A DNA stretch of 62,426 nt, the filler included, from Dugesia japonica (Eukaryota), in NCBI GenBank assembly GCA_001938525.1. It is 6 parts of 6 records of this genome, joined end to end, with 100 filler letters (N's around TTAATTAATTAA, not from the genome) between each part and the next. Parts side by side here need not be neighbours in the genome. Positions count along the whole stretch, not along the records: positions 20,031 to 31,010 come from MQRL01202033.1; positions 31,111 to 41,086 come from MQRL01586320.1; 4 more parts are not named here. One strand, 5' to 3'. Below, piece after piece: positions 24,258 to 36,617 of the stretch. Under the pieces are notes generated by a model. It did no database searches. It saw only the letters and a list, made by a program, of their open reading frames with translations, and was not told the DNA's origin. The position numbers were made by a program, and so were the translations under genes. Each line of letters begins with the position of its first letter. The first letter of the stretch is position 1.

Positions 24258-25760
24258 CAAAATCATACCTAAGTAAACAAAGTTTTACGATAAAACCAAA
24301 ATAACCAATAGTAATCTAACAGCGCGCCAACGACAAAAATTACAAGCAGTAATAGATAAATTTGAAGATGTTTAAGCAAAACATGAATTTCATATGGATG
24401 AAGCAGATTTTATACAACATGCTATTGACACAGGTAATGCTAAACCAATTAAACAAAGGCCATATGTGGTACCATATAAATTGAGAGAAGAAGTTGAGCG
24501 ACAAAGAAAAGAATTAAAAGACAATGGAATTATAGTACAAAGCTTCTCTCCATGGGCATCACCAGTAGTACCAGTAAAGAAAAAAGATGGAGAAATCAGA
24601 ATGTGTGTAGACTATAGAAAATTAAATGAAGTCACCAAGAAAGATACTCACCCTTTCCCGAAAATACAGGAGCAATTCAATAAATTAAGTAAAGCATTAT
24701 GGTTTGCAATATTCGATGTCAACATAGGCTTTTATGGTCTGAAAGTATTGTTACAAGATAGATAAAAAACTGCATTCGTAACAAAAGACGGTTTATACGA
24801 ATTTACAAGAATGCCATTTGGTTTAATGAACGCAACAGCTTCTTTCCAGAGATTAATGAACACAGTATTGATAGATGTGGAACATGTAATAGTGTATATG
24901 GACGATATTCTGATCGCATCAGAATCATTTGAGCAACATTTGATAAACAAAGAAAACATGATGTCCAGATTACAAAAGGCAATTATAAAACTGAAACCAA
25001 CAAAATGTAAATGGGCGGAGGAACAGGTATTATTTTTAGGTCATATTGTCTCATCAAAGGTTTTGCAACCAAATCCAGAGAAGAAAGACGCAGTAAAAAA
25101 ATTTCCAATACCAAAAGCAGTACAACAGCTACAAAGTTATAACGGATTAGTTGGTTACTATCGTCGATTTATAAAAGATTTTGCCAAAATATCTGCTCCA
25201 TTAGTAGAATTAACAAAAGGATTAAAAACAAAAGGAGAAAGTAAGAATGTGATGATCACCGAAAAAATTGATGAAAGCTCATCAAAATTATAAAAATTAT
25301 GGAGAAATAATCAACAGAAAGCCTTCGAAATGTTAAAAGAAAAATTAATAACCGCATCGTTATTGAGATATCCAGATTTTGGCAAACCATTTATAATCAT
25401 GACAGATGCAAGTGGATATGTCGTTGGAGCAGTTCTCGGACAAGAGGAAGAGAAAAATAAAGATTATGTAATCGCATACGCAAGTAAAATGTTAAAAGGA
25501 GCAGAAACTAGATACTCGACAATTGAAAAGGAGTGCTATGCAATAATATACGGATTGAAACAATTTCGACCATTCATTTATGGAACAGAAGTCCCTATAT
25601 GAACGGATAATAACCCACTTGAAGGCATATGGAAAAAGAAGGATACATCCAGCTGGATACTAAAATGAGCTATGAAAATCCAAGATATGAATATAAAAAT
25701 TAAATATAAACCTGGAAGAGCTAACATAATGCTGATGCATTATCGAGAATTCCTAATATA
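24258..25760 (+). pseudogene. pol: Ty3/gypsy reverse transcriptase and RNase H
   Basis: SPWASPVVPV, RMCVDYRKLN, MPFGLMNA, YMDDIL, FLGHIV, GYYRRFI; RH TDASGYVVGAVL, EKECYAI, ADALSR. Several stops and frameshifts. Confidence 0.95.
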
Positions 25761-25775
25761 AAAGAAGTAGAAACA

Positions 25776-27050
25776 ATGGAACTAATGGCTATAATAACCG
25801 AAGGTATAAACGATAAANCTTTCTCAGATGAACAAAGAAAGGATAAAATCATCAAATCAATACGAAATAATCTCAATGAAAATCCAAAATATAAAATATA
25901 CAAGGATCTACTTGTGTATGATAATATGGAAAACTATTTATGGGTTGTCCCTGATCCATTAAAGCAGAAGTTACTTCTCCAATATCACGATGGTGCTCTT
26001 GGTGGGCATTTGTCAAGTAGAAAAAAGCATCTAGAATTTTACAAAAATATTATTGGCAAAACTTAAAGTAAGATGTAAAACAGTGGTGTAAAACTTGTTC
26101 AATATGCGCAACCAGAAAGAACACTGGAACCAAAACAAAAGTACCACTTCATCCAATGCCAGTACCAAGTTCACCAATTCAAATATGTGCTATGGATTTC
26201 TTAAGCAAACTACTCACTACAATAAAAGGCAATAAACATATTTGGGTATTTAGCCATTACTTTACAAAATGGGCTGAAGCATTCCCCACCAAAGATGAAT
26301 TAGCCGAAACAGTTGCAAAACTATTAGTGGAAAAGATTGTTTTTAAATACGGAGCACCCAAAAAATTACTATCAGACAGAGATAAAAATTTCTTAAGTAA
26401 AAAAGTTAAGAGTCAACGAAATGTTTAATATTCAAAAAATAAATACTTCAGCGTATCACCCACAGACAGACGGTCTTGTGGAAAGATTTAATAGTATACT
26501 ATGCAACAGACTATCAGTATTTGTCAACAAAAATCAAAATGATTGGGATTTATTTATCAAACCAGCACTATTTGCTCACAATACAACAGAAAACGAAGCA
26601 ACCGGATATTCACCATTCTACTTAATGTACCTGAGAGAAAATCACAATTCGGTAGACATTACATTTGAGCCTATTGTATCACAATACATGGACAATCCGG
26701 ATTATGTCACGAAAATGCAGGAAGGATTACAGAAAGTGTATAAACAAGCTGGGTTGAGAGTAAAATTCAAACAAGAACAATACAAAGATTATTATGACAA
26801 AAATGCGAAACCACGCCAATTTAAAGTTGGAGATAAAGTGCGAATAAAGACTCCAAATTCTAAAAAGGTTCAACAAAAAAACTGGCCAGACCATTCAAAG
26901 GACCTTTTGAAGTAGTGAAAGTAATGGATACAAACCTACAAGTGATAAAGAACAAAAATGATGATCTTTCAGGAGTTGCAGTCAACAAGTGCAAATTAGC
27001 AGAAACAGAACCAATAACTTCAAAATCACACAAATATAATCTCAGATCAC
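25776..27050 (+). pseudogene. pol: Ty3/gypsy integrase
   Basis: HHCC (YHDGALGGHL..CKTCSIC), AMDF, LLSD, AYHPQTDGLVERFN, GPF motif and terminal YNLRS. Confidence 0.93.
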
Positions 27051-27061
27051 AATCACAAAAT

Positions 27062-28856
27062 TCATTACTGATCATGTCACTAATATTATTATCGATTATA
27101 ACAAGTTGTTCAGCAGATTTCACGTATTTATCACCTAGAAAAAACTCTTGGCCTACGGTAGAAATAGGTATATATTCACATAAATTTACATTCGAAATCC
27201 CTTCACATAAGACTTTCTATGGACCTACATTATCAGGAGAAAATAGAATTATTACAAAATAAAACCCTAATACTAACAGTTATATTGACAGACAGTGTTA
27301 ATGACATAAAAATAGAAATTCAAAATGTCCCAGATGTATTAGGAGTTGAGTTTATATATTACGACAGATTACCAATACCCTTTCTCGCATTTACAAAAAT
27401 AAGAGGTCACTCTAGAATAGACAATACCTCTTTGTTAAATAATATATCATTCTTGAAATATTCCATCTTGGCACCAGAAGATATAGACTCCATGTCAATG
27501 TTTGTAGATATTAAAACCTTACCAGATCACTACATGCTCACAGAAATAATCGAGATCAAAATTCAGAACTTCAGAGGGGAAACATTATTGAACAAAAGAG
27601 TATGCCCCAGAGAGCGAATCAAACACAACTATAAAGACACAATTGGATACGACGAGAAATTAATCCTCGGTAAGGAAGATGCATACCCAATTATCATACA
27701 AACCGGACATATGCTATATGGAAAAATATTGATTGGCTATGACTTGGGAAAGAAATTGGCCAGTCTTCATATGGATCAAAGACATATTATTGAATATAGA
27801 GATCTTGATGAAGAAAAATGGCATAAGAAACTAGTATCGAAACCTAATACAGCCAAACACCGGATAAGTACAATTTTCGAAGCAATATTGAAACCCATAA
27901 AATATTAACCTCGAATAAGGGATTTAATTTGGTCAATGAACCATACAATAACATTCACTACAAACAACAGAATTGAATGGATACGACAGGCGTATATCTA
28001 CCTTAAAGAAACGAATCAATGGGACGACACTATAAAACCAACTAAGGACTACAATTTAGATCCAAAAATGGATGTCTTAGAACCTATAACTTCTATACCA
28101 CCACGAGAAGAAATATTCCCTATGGCAGTCTATTGGCCCATAATATTAAAAGAAATTGACAAAAGTAAAATAGATATTGTCAAATCTGGGGAATCAACTC
28201 AAGCTAATATAAACCATCCAATTATAAATAAAAAGACTAAGCGATTAAATTATAATAGCGTTGATCTTGATGACGAATCTGAAACTGAAGACAATGTGTC
28301 ATCACCAAAAATATGGAAAGAGAATACTGAACCCAACACGCAGATAGAAGAAGCGGCACGCAATATCATACAAATAGATAGTGATTCTGATTTAGATGAT
28401 AGTGATGATGAATTAAATGAAAATAAAGATTCAAATTCAGACAATAATTATGAGAACCAAAGCGAAACTGAAGGACCAATATACAGAGAACAAACAAAAG
28501 AGCCACTACAGGAATTAACAACGGAGGAAGTCAGATTCTGTAAACAATATGTACCATATTATACAGATGATGAATCCAGTGAGGATGAACTTGGATTTGA
28601 CCCAGATATCGAAATACTAGATGTTAGAGAATCATCGATTGATATGTCAGACCTTGTGTACATTAACAAAAAAATGGATACCACTGTCACTATGAAAGAC
28701 ATGGCCAATGATGAGGCATATGTGACATTTGGTACTAAGAAAATAAAAATAAAACGAGTCAATGGACAATTTAAGTTTATAGTAGAAAATACCATGTATG
28801 ATAGCATGGCCTTAGAGGAAGAGGGACAAGAACTCTCGATATCAATTACAAAATGA
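27062..28856 (+). pseudogene. Post-integrase extension: signal peptide, unknown domain, DEDDh (REX4/ISG20-like) exonuclease-like domain, acidic tail
   Basis: LLIMSLILLSIITSCSA|DF is in frame with the IN end. From 27498: MFVDIK..IIEIKIQNFRGETLLNKRVCPRERI..GYDEKLI..LYGKILIGYDL..YRDL. ORFs 27219 and 27936 share a frame across one TAA. D/E-rich region at about 28260-28620. Confidence 0.6.
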
Positions 28857-28962
28857 AATTATAAAATACATAGTTGTATATTTGTGTATATATGTGTGTG
28901 TGTGTAAATGTATACAACTTTCATATCCTTTACTAGCTTCATTAATTATTTATTTTTAGAAA

Positions 28963-30200
28963 ATGGATCCCGAATCAACAGCTAGGAAAATTCATCTACA
29001 CAATAACTGTAAAATAATTTTACATGAAAAACACCGCGCCCTGAAATACCCATTAAATTACGGTTAAGATGACGTAGCCAAAATTATTTATTACCTATCC
29101 GAAGACGCTGAATGCCCATTTGTTACGAATACCCAGAACTGCCACGAATTTTGGAATGTGGCCATTATTTCTGTCTTTATTATATATTAAAAGTCTTTCT
29201 TCTTTTCAACTTACGTCTAGTCCCCTGCCCAATCTGTCGTTCCTGAAAAATAGATGCTTTTCATCCTAAACGAGTTTCTTTCCTAAACATGTCACCCTTT
29301 AAAGTTGGACAAAAACTCAATATGTTGTTAACCTTCAAAGACCCCTTCAACAACTGCACAAGAATTGCTCATCGCCTACCCTTATATTATCAAGAGGATA
29401 TTCCTGAATTTAGCGACTTAGTTGGTAAATAAAATAATGTTACCATTCAAAGAGATGTCATTTCCATCAGCCAGATACAGAATGACCTCTGTACAGCCAG
29501 AGTGACCAATTAAACGAAAAGAGACAAAGACAACATGCAGCTCCACTTAAATAGTGAATTAAGAAGATTCAATAACCTAGTCAAAATTCAAGATCGATTT
29601 GAGTTCGTCAGGAAATTCCTTAACAGTAAAAACGTTTCACAATTCAACCTGTTTCATCACCGAAATATATTGTCACCTCGGTTATACTAACAAACTGGTC
29701 GGTACCATAACCTTTTTATCAATAAGGAACAACAGGAAAAAATACTCCAATTACCAATATTAAAATTGCCCTATGAACTCATAGTAGAAGTAAAGTCCAT
29801 AGAAACAGATATTGTAAAAACTTGTCATGCAGTTTTTTACACTGGACAAAGAATTACCTCTATTACTATCGATATCATTAGTTCTAAGGTACTTGGAGGT
29901 CTACCTAAATACGTGCCCTTTTTCAAACATTATGGAGACATTTTAAAGAAAGAAAAAAGAGAAAAACAAGAATTGAAAAGAATAGCGGACAACTGTAAAA
30001 ATTTGATAGGATAGAACCAAAGATTTACAACCTCACCAGACAAAGACAACCACTTGAAATATTTTCAAAACCTACATTCCCATACCCTACATTACCAAAT
30101 ATTGAGGAAGAATTTAACCCGTGTATTTTCAACGAACCCTGTGCGAATACAATTCCTTCTGGCTTACATGATATGGAATGCTCATTCTTAACCTTGTTTC
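28963..30200 (+). pseudogene. RNF10/MAG2-like C3HC4 RING E3 ubiquitin ligase carried by the retroelement
   Basis: With a 1-nt deletion at about 29117: HLHNNCKIIL..EDAECPICYEYPELPRILECGHYFCLYYILK..VPCPICRS..KVGQKLNMLL..LY*QTGRYHNLFIN..LPYELIVEVKSIE..YGDILKKEKREKQE. Collinear with RNF10 blocks outside the RING. Confidence 0.7.
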
Positions 30201-30208
30201 TTAAACAA

Positions 30209-30239
30209 GCTGCGGGTGCATCTTTTTTCGAAGGGGGAA
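30209..30239 (+). promoter_or_regulatory. Polypurine tract with preceding GC hairpin and T-run
   Basis: GCTGCGGGTGCATC-TTTTTT-CGAAGGGGGAA lies immediately before the LTR-like repeat. Confidence 0.75.
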
Positions 30240-30243
30240 CATT

Positions 30244-31010
30244 TTTTGAGGAAAATTAAAATCAATTAACAAAATTAAAGCTATTTGACATTCACATACA
30301 TACACAATATACACAAGTAATATAAAAAACAAGTATGAGNAAATAACAATCAGAACGTCCAGCATCCCAATCAACCAACTCAATCAATCAATCAATTCAA
30401 GCAATCAATCAACTCAAAATCAATAAACTTTATCTGATCCAATTTTACCGATTGAAGCTCTATTTGATTTGATTTGATTTTAACCAAATTGACTTTGTTA
30501 AATTGATTTATCATAAAATATGTTATTTGTAAAAAAAATTTTTTATATTATTTCATTTGTAGAATTTTATATTTAATTAAGAATATTTTATTTATAAAAT
30601 TGCATATCGCATAAACAATTATTTATTGAAGTCATGAATAATTATTTACCTAAATTATCAACAAACAATTATATATAATTTATCTGTAATAATGGAATTT
30701 TTATGATATTTTATGTAACCAACGGAAATATTTATGTAAATTTATTTATCTTGTAAAATTTTGTATTAAAATCATACATGTCGTAATTGTATAAATAGTG
30801 ATCAAAATTTTAGTTGATCACCTTTTCTTTTAAAACCGAAAATTGTTTGGACCTTCTGAAATCCACAACAAAAATGTTAAAAATCTTGACGTGTATAAAA
30901 TAAAGTTTTGTAAAGAAATCTAGTATTGAATTACATATTTTGTAAAAGTAAATCTTTGATTTTTTTAAATAGATCGACTATATAGTTTATAAATATATAT
31001 ATATATATAT
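30244..31010 (+). repeat. 3' LTR (partial; the contig breaks at an (AT)n tract)
   Basis: Follows the PPT. Start TTTTGAGG aligns with TGTTGAAA of the second copy. Contains (TCAA)n and a GTGATCAA..TTGATCAC hairpin. Confidence 0.75.
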
Positions 31011-31110
31011 NNNNNNNNNNNNNNNNNNNNNNNNNNNNNNNNNNNNNNNNNNNNTTAATTAATTAANNNNNNNNNNNNNNNNNNNNNNNNNNNNNNNNNN
31101 NNNNNNNNNN

Positions 31111-31173
<63 letters not shown>
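31111..31173. repeat. (AAT)n microsatellite (others at 10221-10277, 12395-12430, 45336-45372 and 51042-51107)
   Basis: Direct inspection. Confidence 0.95.
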
Positions 31174-31175
<2 letters not shown>

Positions 31176-32479
31176 AAACAAAAATAAAATTGAATTAAAT
31201 AATTTCCATTCTCAGCAAAAAATCAATAAAAATATTTGTATAATACGGAAACTGATGAATGAATTTTATTTACAGTTTTTCTTATTAAAATGAAATTTAA
31301 TAAAATTATAATTTCTTGATTAAAATTTTTACATTTAGAAATTTTCTAAATCACTAAAATTTTGTTAAATNNNNNNNNNNNNNNNNNNNNNNNNNNNNNN
31401 NNNNNNNNNNNNNNNNNNNNNNNNNNNNNNNNNNNNNNNNNNNNNNNNNNNNNNATTCGTTTTAACGAAATTCCAGCTCATAATGCGTAGCTCGTTGTAA
31501 TTATATAATTTATTTATGGCAATTATAATTGCAAAAGACTTCAAAATTTTTCCTTAAAAGTTTGTTCTTCAATATAATTCTTATTAGTAATTTGCATCTG
31601 TAATTAGCTGTGAAGGTGCGATAAAAATTTACATTTGCAACAGAATAGTTAATTTGGTTTTCATGTAAACATCTAATGTCTACAATTTAATTAATTTTTT
31701 ATTAATTAATTATTCAGTGTTTTCTTCAATTAGAATACAATAAGAATAAAATTAAAAACAGTGTTGATTTATTTAAATCTTTCATTTTACTTGAATTCAG
31801 ACTTAACTTTTTCTATAGCATAACTTTTTTTCCAAAAATTATCTGTATTTATTAAATAAAATAATTAAATTAATAATAAATAATCAAAAAGTCAAAATTG
31901 ACCAATATAAATTTTGAATCTTAAATTTATATATTCATTATTTGTTGCAACTTTATGTTTTTATTAATTATTTATTGACTTTTTTATTTTGAATTTTTTG
32001 AAAAAAGTTTAAATATGTTCCCGTAATAAATTATGATTATATAATAGTTCAAAATGAGAATAACGAATTTTATGTCGTAAGTGTTTTTTACAAGAATTCA
32101 GGAACATAAGTAATTATTTATTTTAATTTGTTGATTTTTATCCATAATCAATAGCATTAATTTTTACAAATAATTGATTATATTGATAAATATTCTAATA
32201 TCTTTTGATAACATCTACAATTTTTCTAGTTACTGATTATTTAGAATTTTTCCTTGAAAATGTTTATTGATTTTATTAAAATTTAAAAATAAATACAAAA
32301 TAGGATCGTCCAAACTTTTGTGTACTTACTGGCCGCATTCGGCAAAGAAATTAGGTTGTGGGTCACAGTTCACATTTTACTGCTTTTACACTATCTTGTC
32401 CTATATCAGACATGACGTAAAACGCGTATATGTGTATTTATTTAATTATTATAAAAGCACATTGACATGAGATCTTAAT

Positions 32480-32990
32480 GCTCAAAACTAATAACAAATA
32501 TGGATAAGAATAGAGTAGACTAAAGGAAGAATGGAATCGAAAATTGCTTAACACAAAGGTGGGCGCTTTCAAGCATTGACAAGAAGTGCAATCTAAAGAC
32601 ACGTAAATTATGGGTAATGTTCTTCAGAAAGAAGACGCCAACATTGATTAATGGTCAGTGTAGCTTTATTTAATAAAATTTGGTCACTTTACAAATCACA
32701 AAATGCAAGCTGCAAGCTTTATCTGATTCTGATATAGTTACTGTCAACAGAGCATTGAATATATTGAAGCTTTTCTCAAATTGTTGAAAATACGGAAATC
32801 GCTTCCTGAAAACTTCAATCAAAGTATCAAATGTTTCAACAAAACAAGCAAAATCTTTGTCCTCTATTTCTTTAGAAATAGCGTCGCAACTAGCGAAGTG
32901 AATCAAATTGTTAATCTGCAAATGATGGTTGAAGAGAGATATTTTTGCGGAAGCCATTTGTTAGTTGAGTTTNGAAAACTCGTCGTATCA
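32480..32990 (-). pseudogene. Decayed hAT (SPIN/GTF2IRD2-like) transposase fragment
   Basis: AKISLFNHHL..HFASC..LIEVFRKRFPYF..FNIFNA matches the F..RF..F region of Buster/SPIN-type transposases. Confidence 0.45.
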
Positions 32991-33623
32991 TCAATATTAA
33001 AATTCGAATTCATTACAACAATTTATTAAAATCAAAACTATGACCAACATTATTTGTTAATCAAACAAATTAAAATCATGTGTTTTAATTGGTGATCTTT
33101 TTTCCAAAATTTAAAANNNNNNNNNNNNNNNNNNNNNNNNNNNNNNNNNNNNNNNNNNNNNNNNNNNNNNNNNNNNNNNNNNNNNNNNNNNNNNNNNNNN
33201 NNNNNNNNNNNNNNNNNNNNNNNNNNNNNNNNNNNNNNNNNNNNNNNNNNNNNNNNNNNNNNNNNNNNNNNNNNNNNNNNNNNNNNNNTCAGCTCACTTT
33301 CAAAATTTTATTTATTAAAAAGTTAAACTTTATTATTCAATAATTTTAATTTATCCTTAAACGAATATTTGTTATTTTAAATTTTTCATCAATAATTTAA
33401 ATCTNTCTTTTAAACAAAAGATTTTAAAAATAAGATTACCAATCACACAAAAATTTCAACTTGCTTTTCAAAACTGCTCACACCATTTATGAAATCATAC
33501 AATTGTTTTTATATTATAAGAGAAAAACGTTATTATTTTTAAATTTAAAATGAAAATTAAAATCTATTTCTTTGTTATTTTTATTATCAAAAAATAGAAA
33601 ATTTAAGGATTTATTTTTCTTAG

Positions 33624-36617
33624 ATTTGGTGGAAGTGTGGGAGAAGGATTAATTGTAGCCAAATTAGCATGGCCTAATGAATGGGTTATTCTGATTGGTT
33701 CGTTTCTCAGTACTGTAGGAGCAGGTTTACAATCTTTAACCGGTTTTATTTTTTCTATTTAACTATTTTTATTATTTTTAACAATTAATTAATAGGAGCT
33801 CCGAGATTATTACAAGCCATTGCACAAGACAATGTAATACCATTTTTAGAAATGTTTAAAGTTACTACTCAACGTGGTGAACCTTTAAGAGCACAAATTA
33901 TAACATTTTTTATTGCCTTTTTGGGTGTACTTATTGCCAGTATTGATTCTATTGCACCATTGATAACGATGTGAGACTTTTATAAATAACATTAATCATT
34001 TTATAAATTGCATAATATTTCGATTTACAAATGACATTATAAATTACATTTTTAAACATTGTTAAATATTTTTAAATAAATAATTTTTGCAAAATTTTAC
34101 AAAACTTTCATATACTCTCAAATTTTCTAGAAAAATAATTTTAATTTTAAATACTTTAAATTCCAATAGTTAATTTCATTNGGAAGAACATGCCCAGGAT
34201 AAATGGGGAGACAAATGTTACAGTTGCTTCTAGTAAATCATTTGAATGGATACCGGATTTGAAAGCTCTTTTGATTATAAATATTAATAAAAGGAAAAAT
34301 TAAAACTTTCCGAAAACTAGTATATTAACGATTGTTTAAGACATTTTTTGTTAAACACTCTTGTACTGTGTGAAACTTTTATTACATTTATATTTATCTT
34401 GCAAATTTTCGGAATATGCTGTGATTACTTGTGAAAGTATTTGTGCAAATTAAATCATAGCTTTTCGCACATCTCGTTGGGGATATTATATTCCCGTGCA
34501 AACTGAGTTGCGTTTTGTAAGTTTTCCAAGCCTTTGGATCGATTTAGTGAAATTCTTTATTTTAAAATTTTCCACAAATTTTCAATCTGATTGAAGTTTG
34601 AATTATTTACCAACAATTTTTGGATCCCCATTCTCTGACCTTAGAGCCGCTAAATGACCTGTTATTTTATATGTCCTATTTTTTGGTCATAATATTTAAA
34701 TAGTATGACTCATATCATTCGGTATTAGTATTAATATTCTCAATATTGGAATAATAAATTAGCAAATAAATAATTATTTGGCTTTCACTAAGCAATTTTA
34801 AAATGTAATCCGATAGAAGTATTGATATTCCCATTAAATTCTGACTTGTAAATAGATATCACTGTTTTTTACGTAAAATATAATTCGATTTGCAAATTGA
34901 TGAAAATTGCGGATTATACTTATTTTTATATGCAATATTTTTTTTACAATATTTTAAAATAAATACATAGAAAATTACATCAAATTTAAATTTTCACCAT
35001 TTTGTTTCTTTGTTATTCCCTAATTGCATAAAACCTACTATTACTTTGACTTTTAAAGTATTACGTCATAAATAATTTTTTAATGTATTTTTGTGGCATA
35101 GTTATGTTCTCTTCAGTTTTTCGCTTTTAAAACAAAATTAATTGTAATCATTATCTACAATTCTTAATTGATTTTAATCATAATTCTAGGTTTTTTTTGA
35201 TGTGTTATGGATTTGTGAATCTGGCTACTGCTTTGAATGGATTCCTTCAAGAACCGAGTTGGAGGCCTCGTTTTAAATATTATCATTGGTATGTGCAACA
35301 ATTATTTATTATTACAAATAATAAAATTTTCGAATTATCCACCTATTATCATTATATTATTTCTAGAATTCAATAGTTATTTTCAATTTTAAGCTATAAT
35401 AAATTTGACTAACACTTCAGAAAAAAATCCAAATCACTAATATACTTAATATTGCTGAATATTTAAAGCTAGTCAAAACAGGAATGTTTTAATTAATTTA
35501 AATTATGTTAGGTATTGCTTAATGGGTTGAAATTTATATAATGTTATTGGGCAGTGATTGTAATTTTGACAGTTGTTGACAAGTGGTTAAGTGTAAAAAG
35601 TGTTAAAATTGTTGACATAATTAATTGACGCCTCTAAATTTTATAAATTTAATATTATATACAAAAGCAATTCGGTACAGAAATACAAAGGGGAAAATTC
35701 TAAGGAATAAACTGAACTAATGTTATTGGAACCAGTAAAGTTGATTTCATCGAATCGTCGCCTACTCATCAGGTCAGTGAAAATTCTGCAATAAACGTGT
35801 TATGCGTATAAATTTTAATTTTGGTCAATAGTATTTCATTTTGATTTAAAAACAGTAAAAGTTTGAAAATAGTTGGATTTTGTATATTCAAACAATACAT
35901 TATGCATTCAGATATTGAAAGAGCAAAACCATTTTACTATAAACGTAAATAATGACAACTTTATTATTATTATCAATTTTATTACCTTTTTTTTAAATAT
36001 ATAGGTGTATACAAGTTTATTTGCAGATTTATATATATTTCTAAATTAATTGATTTTTAGACTAATCTTAGAAGTCCCAGAAATGGAACATTTATTACAG
36101 GCCTGTTTATAGGTTATCTTTTGATAAATCTGAAAATTATGTAAAAAAATAAGTTTTGTTATATCATTAATGGTAAATAGTGACATTCAAATGTATTTTC
36201 TATAGGAAATTTTATTTTAGATCATTAATGAGACATTCAAACTGTTATGTTAACAAAATTACACTTTGAAGGAAATGTAACATTTGAAATATTTTACATA
36301 TTATTTGCTTCATATCGCATCCTTCATTGTACTAATTTTATTCTGGATTTTTGCCAAGTACAAATAAAATTCCCATTCAAATTTGTAGAAATTTTAATTT
36401 TATTTTCGTCTATTTTTTATAGTTTTGTATTTAAACATAAATAAAAATTTTTATTGCTTTTAATGAACAAATAACTTTAATTAATTTATTTATTTAGGAC
36501 AACATCATTATTAGGTCTTATCTTATGTGTTGCTTTGATGTTCGTATCAAGCTGGTACTACGCGTTAGTAGCGATTGCTTTAGCTGGTGGTATTTACAAA
36601 TATATCGAGTATCGCGG
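33624..36617 (+). CDS. K-Cl cotransporter (KCC, SLC12A4-7 family), four internal exons: 33624-33742, 33796-33970, 35190-35288, 36498-36617
   Basis: Spliced translation [51 protein letters not shown]...[21 protein letters not shown]...[18 protein letters not shown]...[19 protein letters not shown]. All introns are GT-AG and phase-compatible. Missed by the ORF track; remaining exons not seen in this contig. Confidence 0.95.

Larger units (their letters stand above)
21711..31010 (+). mobile_element. 5'-truncated, decayed env-bearing Ty3/gypsy LTR retroelement: glycoprotein-PR-RT-RH-IN-signal peptide-DEDDh-like-acidic tail, RNF10-like ORF, PPT, 3' LTR
   Basis: Collinear plus-strand ORFs separated only by point stops and frameshifts; gypsy domain order; PPT at 30230-30239. 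Confidence 0.88.

Noticed and set aside
20920-25670. TGA at conserved Trp positions (K*L, DL*Q, LK*A) suggesting an alternative genetic code
   Set aside because: TGG is used for Trp throughout, and the same elements have TAA stops and frameshifts. Ordinary decay is the simpler explanation.
20031-31010. DIRS-type element, because of the inverted termini
   Set aside because: It encodes a DDE integrase, protease and PPT, and no tyrosine recombinase is seen.
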